Positions 24,696 through 34,088 of a stretch of DNA of 44,054 nt are shown here, in pieces. The position numbers and the translations under genes are program-made. Each line of letters opens with the position of its first letter. Within the stretch, counting starts at the first letter, position 1. Source of the DNA: Gemmatimonadota bacterium (GTDB lineage: Bacteria > Gemmatimonadota > Gemmatimonadetes > Gemmatimonadales > GWC2-71-9); contig JAZDCY010000003.1 in the NCBI GenBank assembly GCA_036679645.1, forward strand, positions 1-44,054, in the 5' to 3' direction. The notes beneath the pieces are model-generated. The model ran no database searches and had not been told where the DNA came from. It saw only the letters and a list, made by a program, of their open reading frames with translations.

Positions 24696-27356
24696 TCACG
24701 GCTCCAGTAACTCCATCACCCAAATGTCACTCTCGCGTCTATCAACGAGGAAAAAGAACCGCTCACCGTCCGTTGCGAATTCGCGCCGCCACGATTGTCT
24801 ACGGGGATCGTCGAATCGAACCAGAAGCTTCGGCGTGCCCCCGGCCGTCGGGACCGACCAGAAGCTCGATCGCCCTTCCGCATCAAACGCCTTGAGGTAA
24901 AGCGACCGACTGTCCTCGGACCAGCCGAGGAAAGAGAGGACGGACGACCCGGGGAGATCCCGGCTCCGGACCAGGACGCGGACATCGCCGCCGCCCGGTG
25001 GAATCACCCGCACCTCGTTAGCCGCGATGTACGCAATAAGACGATCATCAGGGGACCATCTGACCGCGGCCACTCCAACGCTATCGAATGTCAACCGCCA
25101 AGGCGTCCCCCAGCCCGAAGCTACGTCCTCTTTCGCCACCACATACAGTTCATAAGGTCCTGTTCGGTCTGACCGAAACACGAGTCGCCTACCATCCAGA
25201 GACCAGTCGGACTCGCGGTCATGGGCAGGATCGTTGGTTACTTGCTGAAGCGATTCTCCATCCGCCGAAATCACGTAGACATCCCGATTTCCAGTTCGGA
25301 AGGAGTGAAACGCGATCTGTGATCCGTCGGGCGACCACTGGTGAAGAAAATCATCGCTGGGGTGACTCGTGAGTCGCTCCGGCTCTCCCCCGGAGCGGAG
25401 TAACCTGTAGATGTCCTGATTTCCACTGCGGTCCGAGTCGAAAGCCAGCCATCGACGGTCCGGTGACACAGCGACGTCTTCTATCACCTGATTGCCGGTG
25501 GTCAAGGCCTCGGCTTCCGCAGTCGAGACGGATCCAGCCTCGGGAATTCCGATGGACCAGATGTTGGTATCGTACCTGAACACCGAATACGTCAAGTGTT
25601 GGCCATCTGCCGACAGATTGATCGTGTGGGCATCCAATCCCGTGGTCAGGCGCACCGGCGGGCTCGACGGCCTGCCGGTTCCATCGAGCGGCACTTGATA
25701 CACGTCCCGACTGCCGCCTTCGTCGGACACAAACAGCAGATGCCTGCTGTCTGGCGTCCAAATAGGGCTGACGTTGAGGTACGCATTCTCCGTCACCTGG
25801 ACGGGATCACCTCCGGTGACGGAGACCACCCAGAGCACACTGGGCGCGATGTTGGCAAAGTCTGCGATCCCAAATATGAATTCCGCATTTCCCGATACAT
25901 AAGCGATTCGAGATCCGTCGGGAGACCAACGCAAGGAATGGGGTTTGAACGCGTCAGTCACCTCTCTGGGTTCGCCCCCATCCACCGACACGACGTAGAT
26001 TGCGCTCCCCGACACGTACGCAATTTCTTGGCCGTCGGCCGACCATGCGGGACTCGAGGCCCCCGGGTCCGGTGAACCCGAAACGAGTCGTCGAGGGCTG
26101 CCCCCCAACGCCGGCATCAGGTAGATCGAACCTCCGGACTGAAACGCAATCTGGGTACCATCGGGCGACCATTGGGGCCAGCGGTGGTGGCCAGGGAAGT
26201 TCTCAGTGAGGGGAATGATACGTTCGCCCGCGACCTGTCGGACGTAGAGCCGCATCTGCGCCTGGGGACCCGCAGCGTACGCTACCATGTTGCCATCGGG
26301 CGAAATGGCCGGGTCAATTTCCAATCCGGGCTCACGCGTGAGCTGTGTGGTCAGCCCAATCCTGAGTGCTCCGGGACCGCGATCGGGCAGCAGCAAGACG
26401 GCTCCAGCAATCACCACCAGACCGAGCGCCGCGAGGCCCGCAAGCGCCGTCTTGTGCTTTCCCATTGGCGGCACTGCTACCGGCATCGTATCCGTCGGAG
26501 TGATCCCGCCACTTGGCGTCGTCAGCGCCTCAAGATGCGGCAACAACTCCTCAGCGCTCTGCCATCTGTCTGCCGGTTTCTTCTCCAAACACCGCATCAC
26601 GACCTGCGCCAATGCGGGCGGCACTGCTTCCCGATGCTTCGTAACCACATCGGGTGCCTGGGTCACGTGGGCCGCCAAGACCTCCTGCGCCGTCGTGCCT
26701 ACGAACGGCGGTCTGCCCGTCAGCAACTCATACGCTAGAGCGCCCACCGCATAGATATCGGCACGGTGGTCGATTTGTGGGTCGGCTGCTGCCTGCTCAG
26801 GCGACATGTAAGCGGGTGTACCGAGTGCAACGCCCGCCGTCGTCAACTGTTGGCGTCCGGTTGCCTCGCTCACCGCTTTGGCAACACCGAAATCGGTCAC
26901 CAGCGCATGGCGCTCGGAGAGCAGCACGTTATCGGGTTTGATGTCCCGATGGACCACACCGTGCTTGTGCGCGTGGGCCAATGCATCCACCACATCCCTT
27001 AGGAGCCGCACTGCCTCAGAAACCGGCAGCGCGCCTTCTTTTGCCAGCTTCTCACGAAGCGACTGGCCCTCCTCGTACGACATCACATAGTAGAGGAAGC
27101 CGTCGGCCTCGCCGGAATCGTAGAGAGGCAACACGTGCGGATGGTGTAACTGGGCGGCGACCTTTATCTCGCGCAGGAAGCGTTCGGCCCCTAGCGAGGC
27201 AGCGAGGTCTGGGCGCAGCACCTTCACCGCAACATCACGATCGTGTTTCAGGTCGCGCGCGAGGTACACCGTGGCCATGCCACCACGACCCAACTCGCGT
27301 TGAATCGCGTATCGGTCAGCAAGTGCTTTGGTGAGGCGTTCGAGGTCGTCGGCCAT
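24696..27356 (-). CDS. Receptor Ser/Thr protein kinase with TM helix and TolB/PD40 beta-propellers (kinase D)
   Basis: LGRGGMATVY, VAVK, HRDIKPDN, DFG, GTPAYMSPEQ, a TM helix, then many WSPDG repeats. Confidence 0.95.
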   Translation of the reverse strand: MADDLERLTKALADRYAIQRELGRGGMATVYLARDLKHDRDVAVKVLRPDLAASLGAERFLREIKVAAQLHHPHVLPLYDSGEADGFLYYVMSYEEGQSLREKLAKEGALPVSEAVRLLRDVVDALAHAHKHGVVHRDIKPDNVLLSERHALVTDFGVAKAVSEATGRQQLTTAGVALGTPAYMSPEQAAADPQIDHRADIYAVGALAYELLTGRPPFVGTTAQEVLAAHVTQAPDVVTKHREAVPPALAQVVMRCLEKKPADRWQSAEELLPHLEALTTPSGGITPTDTMPVAVPPMGKHKTALAGLAALGLVVIAGAVLLLPDRGPGALRIGLTTQLTREPGLEIDPAISPDGNMVAYAAGPQAQMRLYVRQVAGERIIPLTENFPGHHRWPQWSPDGTQIAFQSGGSIYLMPALGGSPRRLVSGSPDPGASSPAWSADGQEIAYVSGSAIYVVSVDGGEPREVTDAFKPHSLRWSPDGSRIAYVSGNAEFIFGIADFANIAPSVLWVVSVTGGDPVQVTENAYLNVSPIWTPDSRHLLFVSDEGGSRDVYQVPLDGTGRPSSPPVRLTTGLDAHTINLSADGQHLTYSVFRYDTNIWSIGIPEAGSVSTAEAEALTTGNQVIEDVAVSPDRRWLAFDSDRSGNQDIYRLLRSGGEPERLTSHPSDDFLHQWSPDGSQIAFHSFRTGNRDVYVISADGESLQQVTNDPAHDRESDWSLDGRRLVFRSDRTGPYELYVVAKEDVASGWGTPWRLTFDSVGVAAVRWSPDDRLIAYIAANEVRVIPPGGGDVRVLVRSRDLPGSSVLSFLGWSEDSRSLYLKAFDAEGRSSFWSVPTAGGTPKLLVRFDDPRRQSWRREFATDGERFFFLVDRRESDIWVMELLEP

Positions 27357-27360
27357 GGGA

Positions 27361-27497
27361 CGATAAGATGCGACATCGCTCCAGTGCGCGCGAGATTCAC
27401 TGAGTTTGGGGCCCATTTGGGGTCCCAACACCGGAAGGGCCGCTCTTTGGAGCGGCCCTCGGGAACTGAGAAGTTGTTGAGGAGCAAGTACCTAGTA
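27361..27497. repeat. 137-bp leader repeat, copy 2
   Basis: 135/137 identical to 33005-33141 by manual alignment; contains the hairpin GAAGGGCCGCTC-TTTG-GAGCGGCCCTC. Confidence 0.95.
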
Positions 27498-27695
27498 GGT
27501 GATTTTGACTTCGCGGAGGAACCGCTCTTTGCCGAGGACAGCGGCAAGCTCGGGCCGCACGACCTTGACCGCGACGTGGCGTTCGAGCTTCACGTCCTCG
27601 GCGAGGTACACGGTGGCCAGGCCACCCGCGCCGAGTTCCTGTTCGATGCGGTACCGGTCGGCCAGGGCGGTTGCGAGCCGTTCAGGCGCCGTCAT
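27492..27695 (-). pseudogene. Truncated Ser/Thr kinase (67 aa, kinase C')
   Basis: MTAPERLATALADRY..ELGAGGLATVY..ERFLREVKIT stops exactly where the repeat begins; ATGA-coupled to kinase B. Confidence 0.9.
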
Positions 27696-30325
27696 CGGGA
27701 CGATGCTCCACGTACGAGGCTGTCCACCACGCGCGCCCAGTTCGAGACGAGGATGGCCGGACTGTCTTCGGCGCGCGTCATCCAATACACGAGGCCGTCG
27801 CGCGGCCCGATCTCCCACGCGGTGGTGGCGCGTGGCGGTACCTCGGCTACGACTGTCACGCTCCCCCATGAGAACGATGGTCCGGGAAGAACCGGCACCC
27901 GCAGCACCGACGCGGGAGCCGACTGGTACAGGAGCCCGGGGCTCGCGAAGTACAGGAATTTCCCGTCCGGCGACCACCGCGGCGACGCGCCGAAGGCAAC
28001 CTCCCAGCGTCCCGTGCCGGGCGGTACCGCACGCACGACCACCTGGGCCGCCTCCCCGAATCCATGCTGGTACGCGAGGTACCGGCCCTCCGGCGACAGA
28101 CGCGGCCCGACCATCCGCTCATCCATGGCGATGGCGGTCTGGCTGCCGGTCGGGAGCCAGGCTCCCGCGACGGCAATACCGCTCCGTCCCCAATCAGCCC
28201 CGGACGCTCCTACGGCATCGGGCGGCAGCGCGAGGCGCACCGGCGCCGTCGCCCCATCCAGGGGCGCAGAGAACGCAACCCCCCCTGGGCCTGTGGGGTT
28301 CCCGGCGAGGAAGGCAATGCGGTCTCCGTCGGGCGACCACGAGCCGATGACCGCTCGGACCGCATCGAGCGAGACGCGCCGACTGGCACCATCCGCAGAG
28401 CGGAAGACGAGCGCCCCGGATTCGATCTCCGCCACACGGCGCCCATCGGGATGCAGCCGGAATCCCCGAGGCGCTGGACCGTCGCCGCGCACGAACGACT
28501 CCGCACCACCCGGCGCCAGGCGCAGGATCTCCCAGCCGCCGGCAGCCGCCGGCTGGTACAGGAGCGTACCGTTCCGGCTCACGTTGAAATTGCGCGCCGG
28601 GAGCAACCCGCCGGCCACCCCCTGGAGCACCGGAACGGGATCGCCCTCGGGGGTCATGCGAACCGTATCGAAGCGAACAGCGTTGAGGGTGCCCGCCCTG
28701 TCACCGAACAGCAGGTAGCCATTGGGGAGAGGCTCGGTGTTTTGACCGTCGAACAGTCGCGTGACCGCGTGCTGCTCGACGTCGAGGACCGCGATCTCCC
28801 AGCGCACAGCGTCCGCGGAAATCGAGTCAGCCGACTGGATCGTGAAGATAATCCCGCGACCGCCGGACAGGAGTACCGGATACATGTGCAGGGTCTCGCC
28901 CCGTGCTGAATCGAGCTCGGTCAATCGCTCGACCTGCTGACTGCGCGGGTCCACGCGCGCCAGGACCCGGTCCGCGTGATGGGTGCCGTACACGCGCCCG
29001 CGGTCGTCGACAGCGACCGGGAGTCTCACGGAGTCGGTCAGGGTGCGGGGCGGTGCGCCATTGACCGGCGCGACGCGCAGGCGTGAAAGGCCACTACTCA
29101 GGAACGTGTAGTACAGCACTCCGGTCCCGTCGGCTAACGATTTCCCGCCAACCGCGGCGTCGGGCGCCGGGAGGTAGCGCGTCGGTGCACCGCTGAACGA
29201 CTGCAGGTAGATGCCGCGGCCTTCGGGACCGTCTGCGATGATGGCCCTGCCGGATCCATCGGCGAGGATGTTGCTCCCCCACCCCACCAGTGGATGGATC
29301 GAGGAATCGCCCGGCACGGCAAGCCACAGCACGGGCGACGCGTTGCCCGGCGCGACCGGACTCCCTCGAATGATCCATGCCGCCACAAATCCGGCGACCG
29401 CGGCGACAGCGACCGCGCTGCCCCAGACGAGGCGGCTCGTCCCTCGCGTCCGCTCCGCGGCCACGGCCGCGTCGCGCTCGCCGAAGTGCACGTCCGCAAG
29501 TGCATCCGCGAAGGCCTTCGCACCATCAAACCGATCCGCCGCCAGCTTCTCCAGCGACAGGGCCACCGCGGCCGCGACGTGTGGCGGCACCGACTTCCGG
29601 AGCTCCGTCACTGGACGCGGCGTGTCGGTCACGATCTTCATGATGATCTGCTGCGCCGAGTTCCCCATGTGCGGCGGTTCACCCGTCAGCATCTCATACA
29701 GCACGGTGCCCAACGAGTACACGTCTGATCGCTTGGTGAGGTCCTTCTCTGCCGTCGCCTGTTCAGGGGACATGTAATGCGGCGTGCCGAGGCTCAGGCC
29801 GGTCTCCGTCATCCGCCCACCCGCCGCCGCACTCACGGCCAGTGCGATCCCGAAGTCCGCCACCATCGCTCGACCTTTGTGCAGCAGGATATTCTCGGGC
29901 TTGATGTCACGGTGGATCACCCCTTCTTCATGTGCCGCTTCGAGTGCCTCCGCTACATCAGTCGTGATCTGGACCGCCTCATCAATCGAGAGTTGCGTCT
30001 CCCGGTTCAGCTTGTCCCGAAGTGTCTCGCCGTCGATGTACGGCATGACGTAATACAGGAACCCGTCGGCCTCGCCCGAATCAAACAGCGGCAGGATGTG
30101 CGGATGCTGCAGACTAGCGGTGGTCGTAATCTCTTGGACGAAACGCTCGGCCCCGAGCACAGCCGCCAGCTCGGGACGGAGCACCTTCACCGCCACCTTG
30201 CGCTTGTGCTTGAGGTCCTCGGCGAGGTAGACAGTAGCCATGCCACCTGCGCCGAGTTCGCGTTCGATGCGGTAGCGGTCGGCGAGGGCGGCGGTGAGGC
30301 GGGCAGGGACGGGGTTCTGCGTCAT
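27692..30325 (-). CDS. Receptor Ser/Thr protein kinase with divergent beta-propeller (kinase B)
   Basis: HRDIKPEN, DFG, GTPHYMSPEQ, TM helix, WSPDG repeats. Confidence 0.95.
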   Translation of the reverse strand: MTQNPVPARLTAALADRYRIERELGAGGMATVYLAEDLKHKRKVAVKVLRPELAAVLGAERFVQEITTTASLQHPHILPLFDSGEADGFLYYVMPYIDGETLRDKLNRETQLSIDEAVQITTDVAEALEAAHEEGVIHRDIKPENILLHKGRAMVADFGIALAVSAAAGGRMTETGLSLGTPHYMSPEQATAEKDLTKRSDVYSLGTVLYEMLTGEPPHMGNSAQQIIMKIVTDTPRPVTELRKSVPPHVAAAVALSLEKLAADRFDGAKAFADALADVHFGERDAAVAAERTRGTSRLVWGSAVAVAAVAGFVAAWIIRGSPVAPGNASPVLWLAVPGDSSIHPLVGWGSNILADGSGRAIIADGPEGRGIYLQSFSGAPTRYLPAPDAAVGGKSLADGTGVLYYTFLSSGLSRLRVAPVNGAPPRTLTDSVRLPVAVDDRGRVYGTHHADRVLARVDPRSQQVERLTELDSARGETLHMYPVLLSGGRGIIFTIQSADSISADAVRWEIAVLDVEQHAVTRLFDGQNTEPLPNGYLLFGDRAGTLNAVRFDTVRMTPEGDPVPVLQGVAGGLLPARNFNVSRNGTLLYQPAAAGGWEILRLAPGGAESFVRGDGPAPRGFRLHPDGRRVAEIESGALVFRSADGASRRVSLDAVRAVIGSWSPDGDRIAFLAGNPTGPGGVAFSAPLDGATAPVRLALPPDAVGASGADWGRSGIAVAGAWLPTGSQTAIAMDERMVGPRLSPEGRYLAYQHGFGEAAQVVVRAVPPGTGRWEVAFGASPRWSPDGKFLYFASPGLLYQSAPASVLRVPVLPGPSFSWGSVTVVAEVPPRATTAWEIGPRDGLVYWMTRAEDSPAILVSNWARVVDSLVRGASSR

Positions 30326-33000
30326 CGTGATTGTCCCGCTCCGTCGACGAGTGCACGCAGTTCATCGAACCAACGTGTGCTGACCACGACCCGCGGTCGC
30401 CGGCTGGCGGCCGGCCGTTTGAGCAGCAGAAAGCGCTCGCCGTCCGGCGTCACATCATAATCGAGTGGGTCCGTGGACCCGGCACTCGATGCATATGCCC
30501 CGGCAAACAGTAACTCGGGAGTACCCACCGCGCCGCTGCCGGAGTTAATCGACGCCGTCATTAGGCTGTCACCGAGCTGAAAGACCAGTTCGCGACCCTC
30601 GCGCGTCCACCGGGGCTGCGACCCGCCACCACTCGACACCTGCCGGCGTGCAACGGTTGGGTCCGGATACGACTGGACATACACCTCGAGACGGCCCGAT
30701 TCTTCAGAATCGTACGCCATCCAATTCCCATCCGGTGAGAGCGCCGGGTGCGCGACCCGGAACGCGCTCGTCAGGTACTTCCTTTCCTCGGCCGGCCCGC
30801 TCAGGTCCACCGTCCAGATCTCGTTGCCCGTCTCCCCGCTCGCGACGCTCGCGACAAAGACCGCCAGCCGTCCGTCGTCCGAGATGGAGCCCATGATACG
30901 GTCGTAATCGCCGCCAACGAGACGCTCCTGCGCCCGGCTCCCATCGGCCGCCCGGCGGTATAGTTCGAACAACGGCCGTTCGCTCATGTACACAAGGTCG
31001 CGTCCGTCCGGCGTCCAGTCTGCACCAAAGTCGGAGCCCTCGTCCGTCGTGACGCGTGTGCGGCTCCCGCGCACGGGATCCACCACCCAGACATCCCTCG
31101 CAGCCCGCGGCGACCGGATGTCCAATGACAGCCGACGCCCATCGGGCGCGAAACGCGGATTCTCGTACCGGTCCGGCTGCGCGAGGAGGACGCGTTCGAC
31201 CCCCCGACGGTCCACCTCCACGACCTGATACCGGGAGCCCGCAACATCGCTCGGCATCACCACTAGCATGCCGCCGGGGGAGACGTCATATGCTGCGAAT
31301 CCATCCACGTACTCCATCGCGACATCCTGCACCACTACCACCGCGGCGCCCGTCACCTCCCGGGCTCGCAGGTCGAACTGCACGGCGAGGATCGATCCGT
31401 TCCGTGCATATAGCAGGTGGCCGCTCGCCACGTATCGACCCATGACGCCGCCGGTGACAAGTACGGTACGCTCCCCCGATTCGAGGTCGAGTACCTCAAT
31501 GGTTGAGCGGTCAATCGGCGTACGGAACGCGGTGAACACCACATGCCGGCCATCCGGAAGCCACTGTGGCCACCAATGGGCCAATTCCCCCGCGCTCGTG
31601 TCCGGCGCTGTCAGCAGGCGTTCGTCGCCACCGGCCGAACTGACGCGCCACAGTCCAGTCTGGTAGGTCGGTGTGTAGACGATGGTCCCATCGGCTCCCC
31701 ACGCCCCACCACCCCACCGCGCCTCCGTGAGCTCGACCGGCGTTCCGCCCTCGATGGGAAGCTTCACAAGCTTTCCGCCCACCTCGAATCCCGCCCAGCG
31801 TCCGTCGAAGGAAAGGAACGGTCGGTTGGCACCTTCACTGCCCGGGATGATCGTTGTTTCGAGTCGGTCCAGCCGCCGCGCCAGCAGAACCTGCCGACGC
31901 GCCACCAAGGCGCTGACGACGATCGTCCGTTCGTCTGGAGTGACCATGACCGACGACACCTGCGGAAATCCGTCTGCCGGATCGAGGTCCACCGCGAACT
32001 GCATTGGCGCGACCGAACCCTCCCCCGATCCTCCGCCTGCCCCCCGCCACAGCAGCGTCATCGCGAGGGCCGTGGAGAGGATCGTGATGGTGGCGAGGAC
32101 GTACGTCGTGAACACAGGAACGCGGGGACGCGGAGACAGCGCGCCAACCTGGGTCGCGGTCGCGAAGGCCGGGTTCTCCAATGCGTCGGCAAAGGCTTTC
32201 GCGCTGTCGAATCGATCGGCCGCGAGCTTCTCGAGTGACTTGGCGACGGCGGCCGTGACGTTTTGCGGCACCGACTTGCGCAACTCTGTGACGGGTCGCG
32301 CCTCGTCGGTCACGATCTTCATGATGATCGCTTGCGCGGAGCCGCCCGAGTGTGGCGGTTCGCCCGTCAGCATCTCGTAGAGCACACTGCCCAACGAGTA
32401 AATGTCTGAACGGTTGGTAAGGTCCTTCTCGGCGGTCGCTTGCTCGGGGCTCATGTAGTGGGGTGTGCCGAGACTCAATCCGGTTTCGGTCATGCGCCCG
32501 CCGGCCGCCGCACTCACCGCGAGCGCGATGCCGAAATCCGCCACCATCGGACGGCCATTATGCAGCAGGATGTTCTCCGGTTTGATGTCGCGGTGAATCA
32601 CGCCCTGCTGGTGGGCGTACTCGAGTGCGTCGGCCACCTCCGTCGTGATCCGAACTGCTTCCTCGATCCCGAGCTGCGTTTCCCGGTTCAGCTTGTCCCT
32701 CAGCGTCTCGCCCTCGATATACGGCATGACGTAGTAGAGAAACCCGTCAGCGGTCCCCGAATCGAACAGCGGCAGGATGTGCGGGTGTTGGAGATTGGCG
32801 GTGGTGGTGATCTCTTGCACGAACCGCTCGGCGCCGAGCACAGCCGCGAGTTCGGGGCGCAGCACCTTGAGCGCCACCTTGCGCTTGTGCTTGAGGTCCT
32901 CGGCGAGATAGACGGTAGCCATGCCTCCCGCACCGAGTTCACTCTCGACCTTGTAGCGGTCAGCGAGTGCTTTGGTGAGTCTATCGAGGTCGTCGCTCAT
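30322..33000 (-). CDS. Receptor Ser/Thr protein kinase with TolB-like beta-propeller (kinase A)
   Basis: All kinase subdomains, TM helix, PQWLPDG/SPDG repeats, YDVTPDGERFL. Confidence 0.95.
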   Translation of the reverse strand: MSDDLDRLTKALADRYKVESELGAGGMATVYLAEDLKHKRKVALKVLRPELAAVLGAERFVQEITTTANLQHPHILPLFDSGTADGFLYYVMPYIEGETLRDKLNRETQLGIEEAVRITTEVADALEYAHQQGVIHRDIKPENILLHNGRPMVADFGIALAVSAAAGGRMTETGLSLGTPHYMSPEQATAEKDLTNRSDIYSLGSVLYEMLTGEPPHSGGSAQAIIMKIVTDEARPVTELRKSVPQNVTAAVAKSLEKLAADRFDSAKAFADALENPAFATATQVGALSPRPRVPVFTTYVLATITILSTALAMTLLWRGAGGGSGEGSVAPMQFAVDLDPADGFPQVSSVMVTPDERTIVVSALVARRQVLLARRLDRLETTIIPGSEGANRPFLSFDGRWAGFEVGGKLVKLPIEGGTPVELTEARWGGGAWGADGTIVYTPTYQTGLWRVSSAGGDERLLTAPDTSAGELAHWWPQWLPDGRHVVFTAFRTPIDRSTIEVLDLESGERTVLVTGGVMGRYVASGHLLYARNGSILAVQFDLRAREVTGAAVVVVQDVAMEYVDGFAAYDVSPGGMLVVMPSDVAGSRYQVVEVDRRGVERVLLAQPDRYENPRFAPDGRRLSLDIRSPRAARDVWVVDPVRGSRTRVTTDEGSDFGADWTPDGRDLVYMSERPLFELYRRAADGSRAQERLVGGDYDRIMGSISDDGRLAVFVASVASGETGNEIWTVDLSGPAEERKYLTSAFRVAHPALSPDGNWMAYDSEESGRLEVYVQSYPDPTVARRQVSSGGGSQPRWTREGRELVFQLGDSLMTASINSGSGAVGTPELLFAGAYASSAGSTDPLDYDVTPDGERFLLLKRPAASRRPRVVVSTRWFDELRALVDGAGQSR

Positions 33001-33004
33001 CAGC

Positions 33005-33141
33005 CGATAAGATGCGGCATCGCTCCAGTGCGCGCGAGATTCACTGAGTTTGGGGCCCATTTGGGGTCCCAACACCGGAAGGGCCGCTCTTTGGAGCGGC
33101 CCTCGGGAACTGAGAACTTGTTGAGGAGCAAGTACCTAGTA
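33005..33141. repeat. 137-bp leader repeat, copy 1 (abuts the tRNA 3' end)
   Basis: Begins 4 nt after the tRNA discriminator base; near-identical to 27361-27497. Confidence 0.95.
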
Positions 33142-33145
33142 CAAG

Positions 33146-33219
33146 TGACCGGGCTGGGGCTCGAACCCAGGACCTACGGATTAAAAGTCCGTTGCTCTAG
33201 CCAACTGAGCTACCCGGCC
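33146..33219 (-). tRNA. tRNA-Lys (anticodon UUU), CCA not encoded
   Basis: GGCCGGG TA GCTC AGTTGGCTA GAGC A ACGGA CTTTTAA TCCGT AGGTC CTGGG TTCGAGC CCCAG CCCGGTC A folds as a cloverleaf. Confidence 0.97.
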
Positions 33220-33416
33220 AACTGACGGAAGATAAGCGGCAGGTGATGCTCACGGGATGCGACCGGCGCGCTACTCCGGTGCGCTCTGCTGACGCTCAGG
33301 GGCCGCGCACTACGAATCCCCTCTGAAAAAAGCCTTGTCCCAGAGGGAAAATGCCTTACTTTGGGGCGCAGCATGTAGCGGCTGGGCTTAGAATTCACCC
33401 TACCTTCGAGGTACGC

Positions 33417-33983
33417 ATGGCTGCAAAAAGGAAGGCGAAGAAGAAGGCGAAGAAGCGGACTGCAAAGCGACGTACCGCCAAGCGGAAACCCGTACGGCGC
33501 AAGAAAGCCGCTAAGCGGAAGACCGCTAAACGCAAAACCGCCAAGCGGAAGAAAGCGACCAAGCGGAAGAAAACGACCAAGCGGAAGAAAACGACCAAGC
33601 GGAAAAAGGCGGCCAAGCGGAAACCCGCTCGCCGCAAGAAAGCCGTGAAGCGGAAAAAGACCGCCAAACGGAAAACCGCCAAGCGCAAGAAAGCCGCAAA
33701 GCCGAAACCCGCCAAGAAGCAGAAATCAAAGCGGAAACCCAACGCCGCCTTCATGAGGCCGGTACAGCCAGACTCGCAACTGGCGGCGGTCGTCGGCTCC
33801 ACGCCGATACCGCGGACCGAGCTGACGAAGAAGCTCTGGGTGTACATCAAAAAGAATAAGCTGCAGGACCAGCAGAATCGCCGGATGATCAACGCGGACG
33901 CCGCGTTGAAGAAGGTCTTCGGCGGCAAGGCGCAGGTCAGCATGTTCGAGATGACCAAGTTGGTGAGCCGGCACGTCAAGTAG
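33417..33983 (+). CDS. SWIB/MDM2 domain protein with histone H1-like Lys/Arg-rich N-terminus
   Basis: KRK(K/T)xx hexapeptide repeats, then NAAFMRP..LAAVVG..RTELTKKLWVYIKKNKLQD..INAD..VSMFEMTK. Confidence 0.9.
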   Translation: MAAKRKAKKKAKKRTAKRRTAKRKPVRRKKAAKRKTAKRKTAKRKKATKRKKTTKRKKTTKRKKAAKRKPARRKKAVKRKKTAKRKTAKRKKAAKPKPAKKQKSKRKPNAAFMRPVQPDSQLAAVVGSTPIPRTELTKKLWVYIKKNKLQDQQNRRMINADAALKKVFGGKAQVSMFEMTKLVSRHVK

Positions 33984-34054
33984 TCCGAAGAAGTACGTGC
34001 CGGAGCGAAGCGAAGTCGCAGGATTGGCAGGACCAGCCCTACAGCACACTCTCG

Positions 34055-34086
34055 GGGGTCGGCGCGCTCGCCGGCCCCCAAAGTGT
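34055..34086. terminator. Hairpin between convergent genes
   Basis: GGGGGTCGGCG-CGCT-CGCCGGCCCCC with flanking ACACT/AGTGT. Confidence 0.6.
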
Positions 34087-34088
34087 TT

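Noticed and set aside
27357..27431. Shared 25-aa N-terminal extension MLGPQMGPKLSESRAHW on kinases A and D
   Set aside because: It is the translated non-coding leader repeat; paralogs B and C' start at the equivalent of the downstream ATG.
24696..33219. Prophage or complete integrative element at tRNA-Lys
   Set aside because: No integrase, phage or conjugation genes, and the tRNA 3' end itself is not duplicated; only the downstream leader is.
33417..33720. CRISPR-like array
   Set aside because: The repeats are in-frame coding units with no unique spacers, and there are no cas genes.
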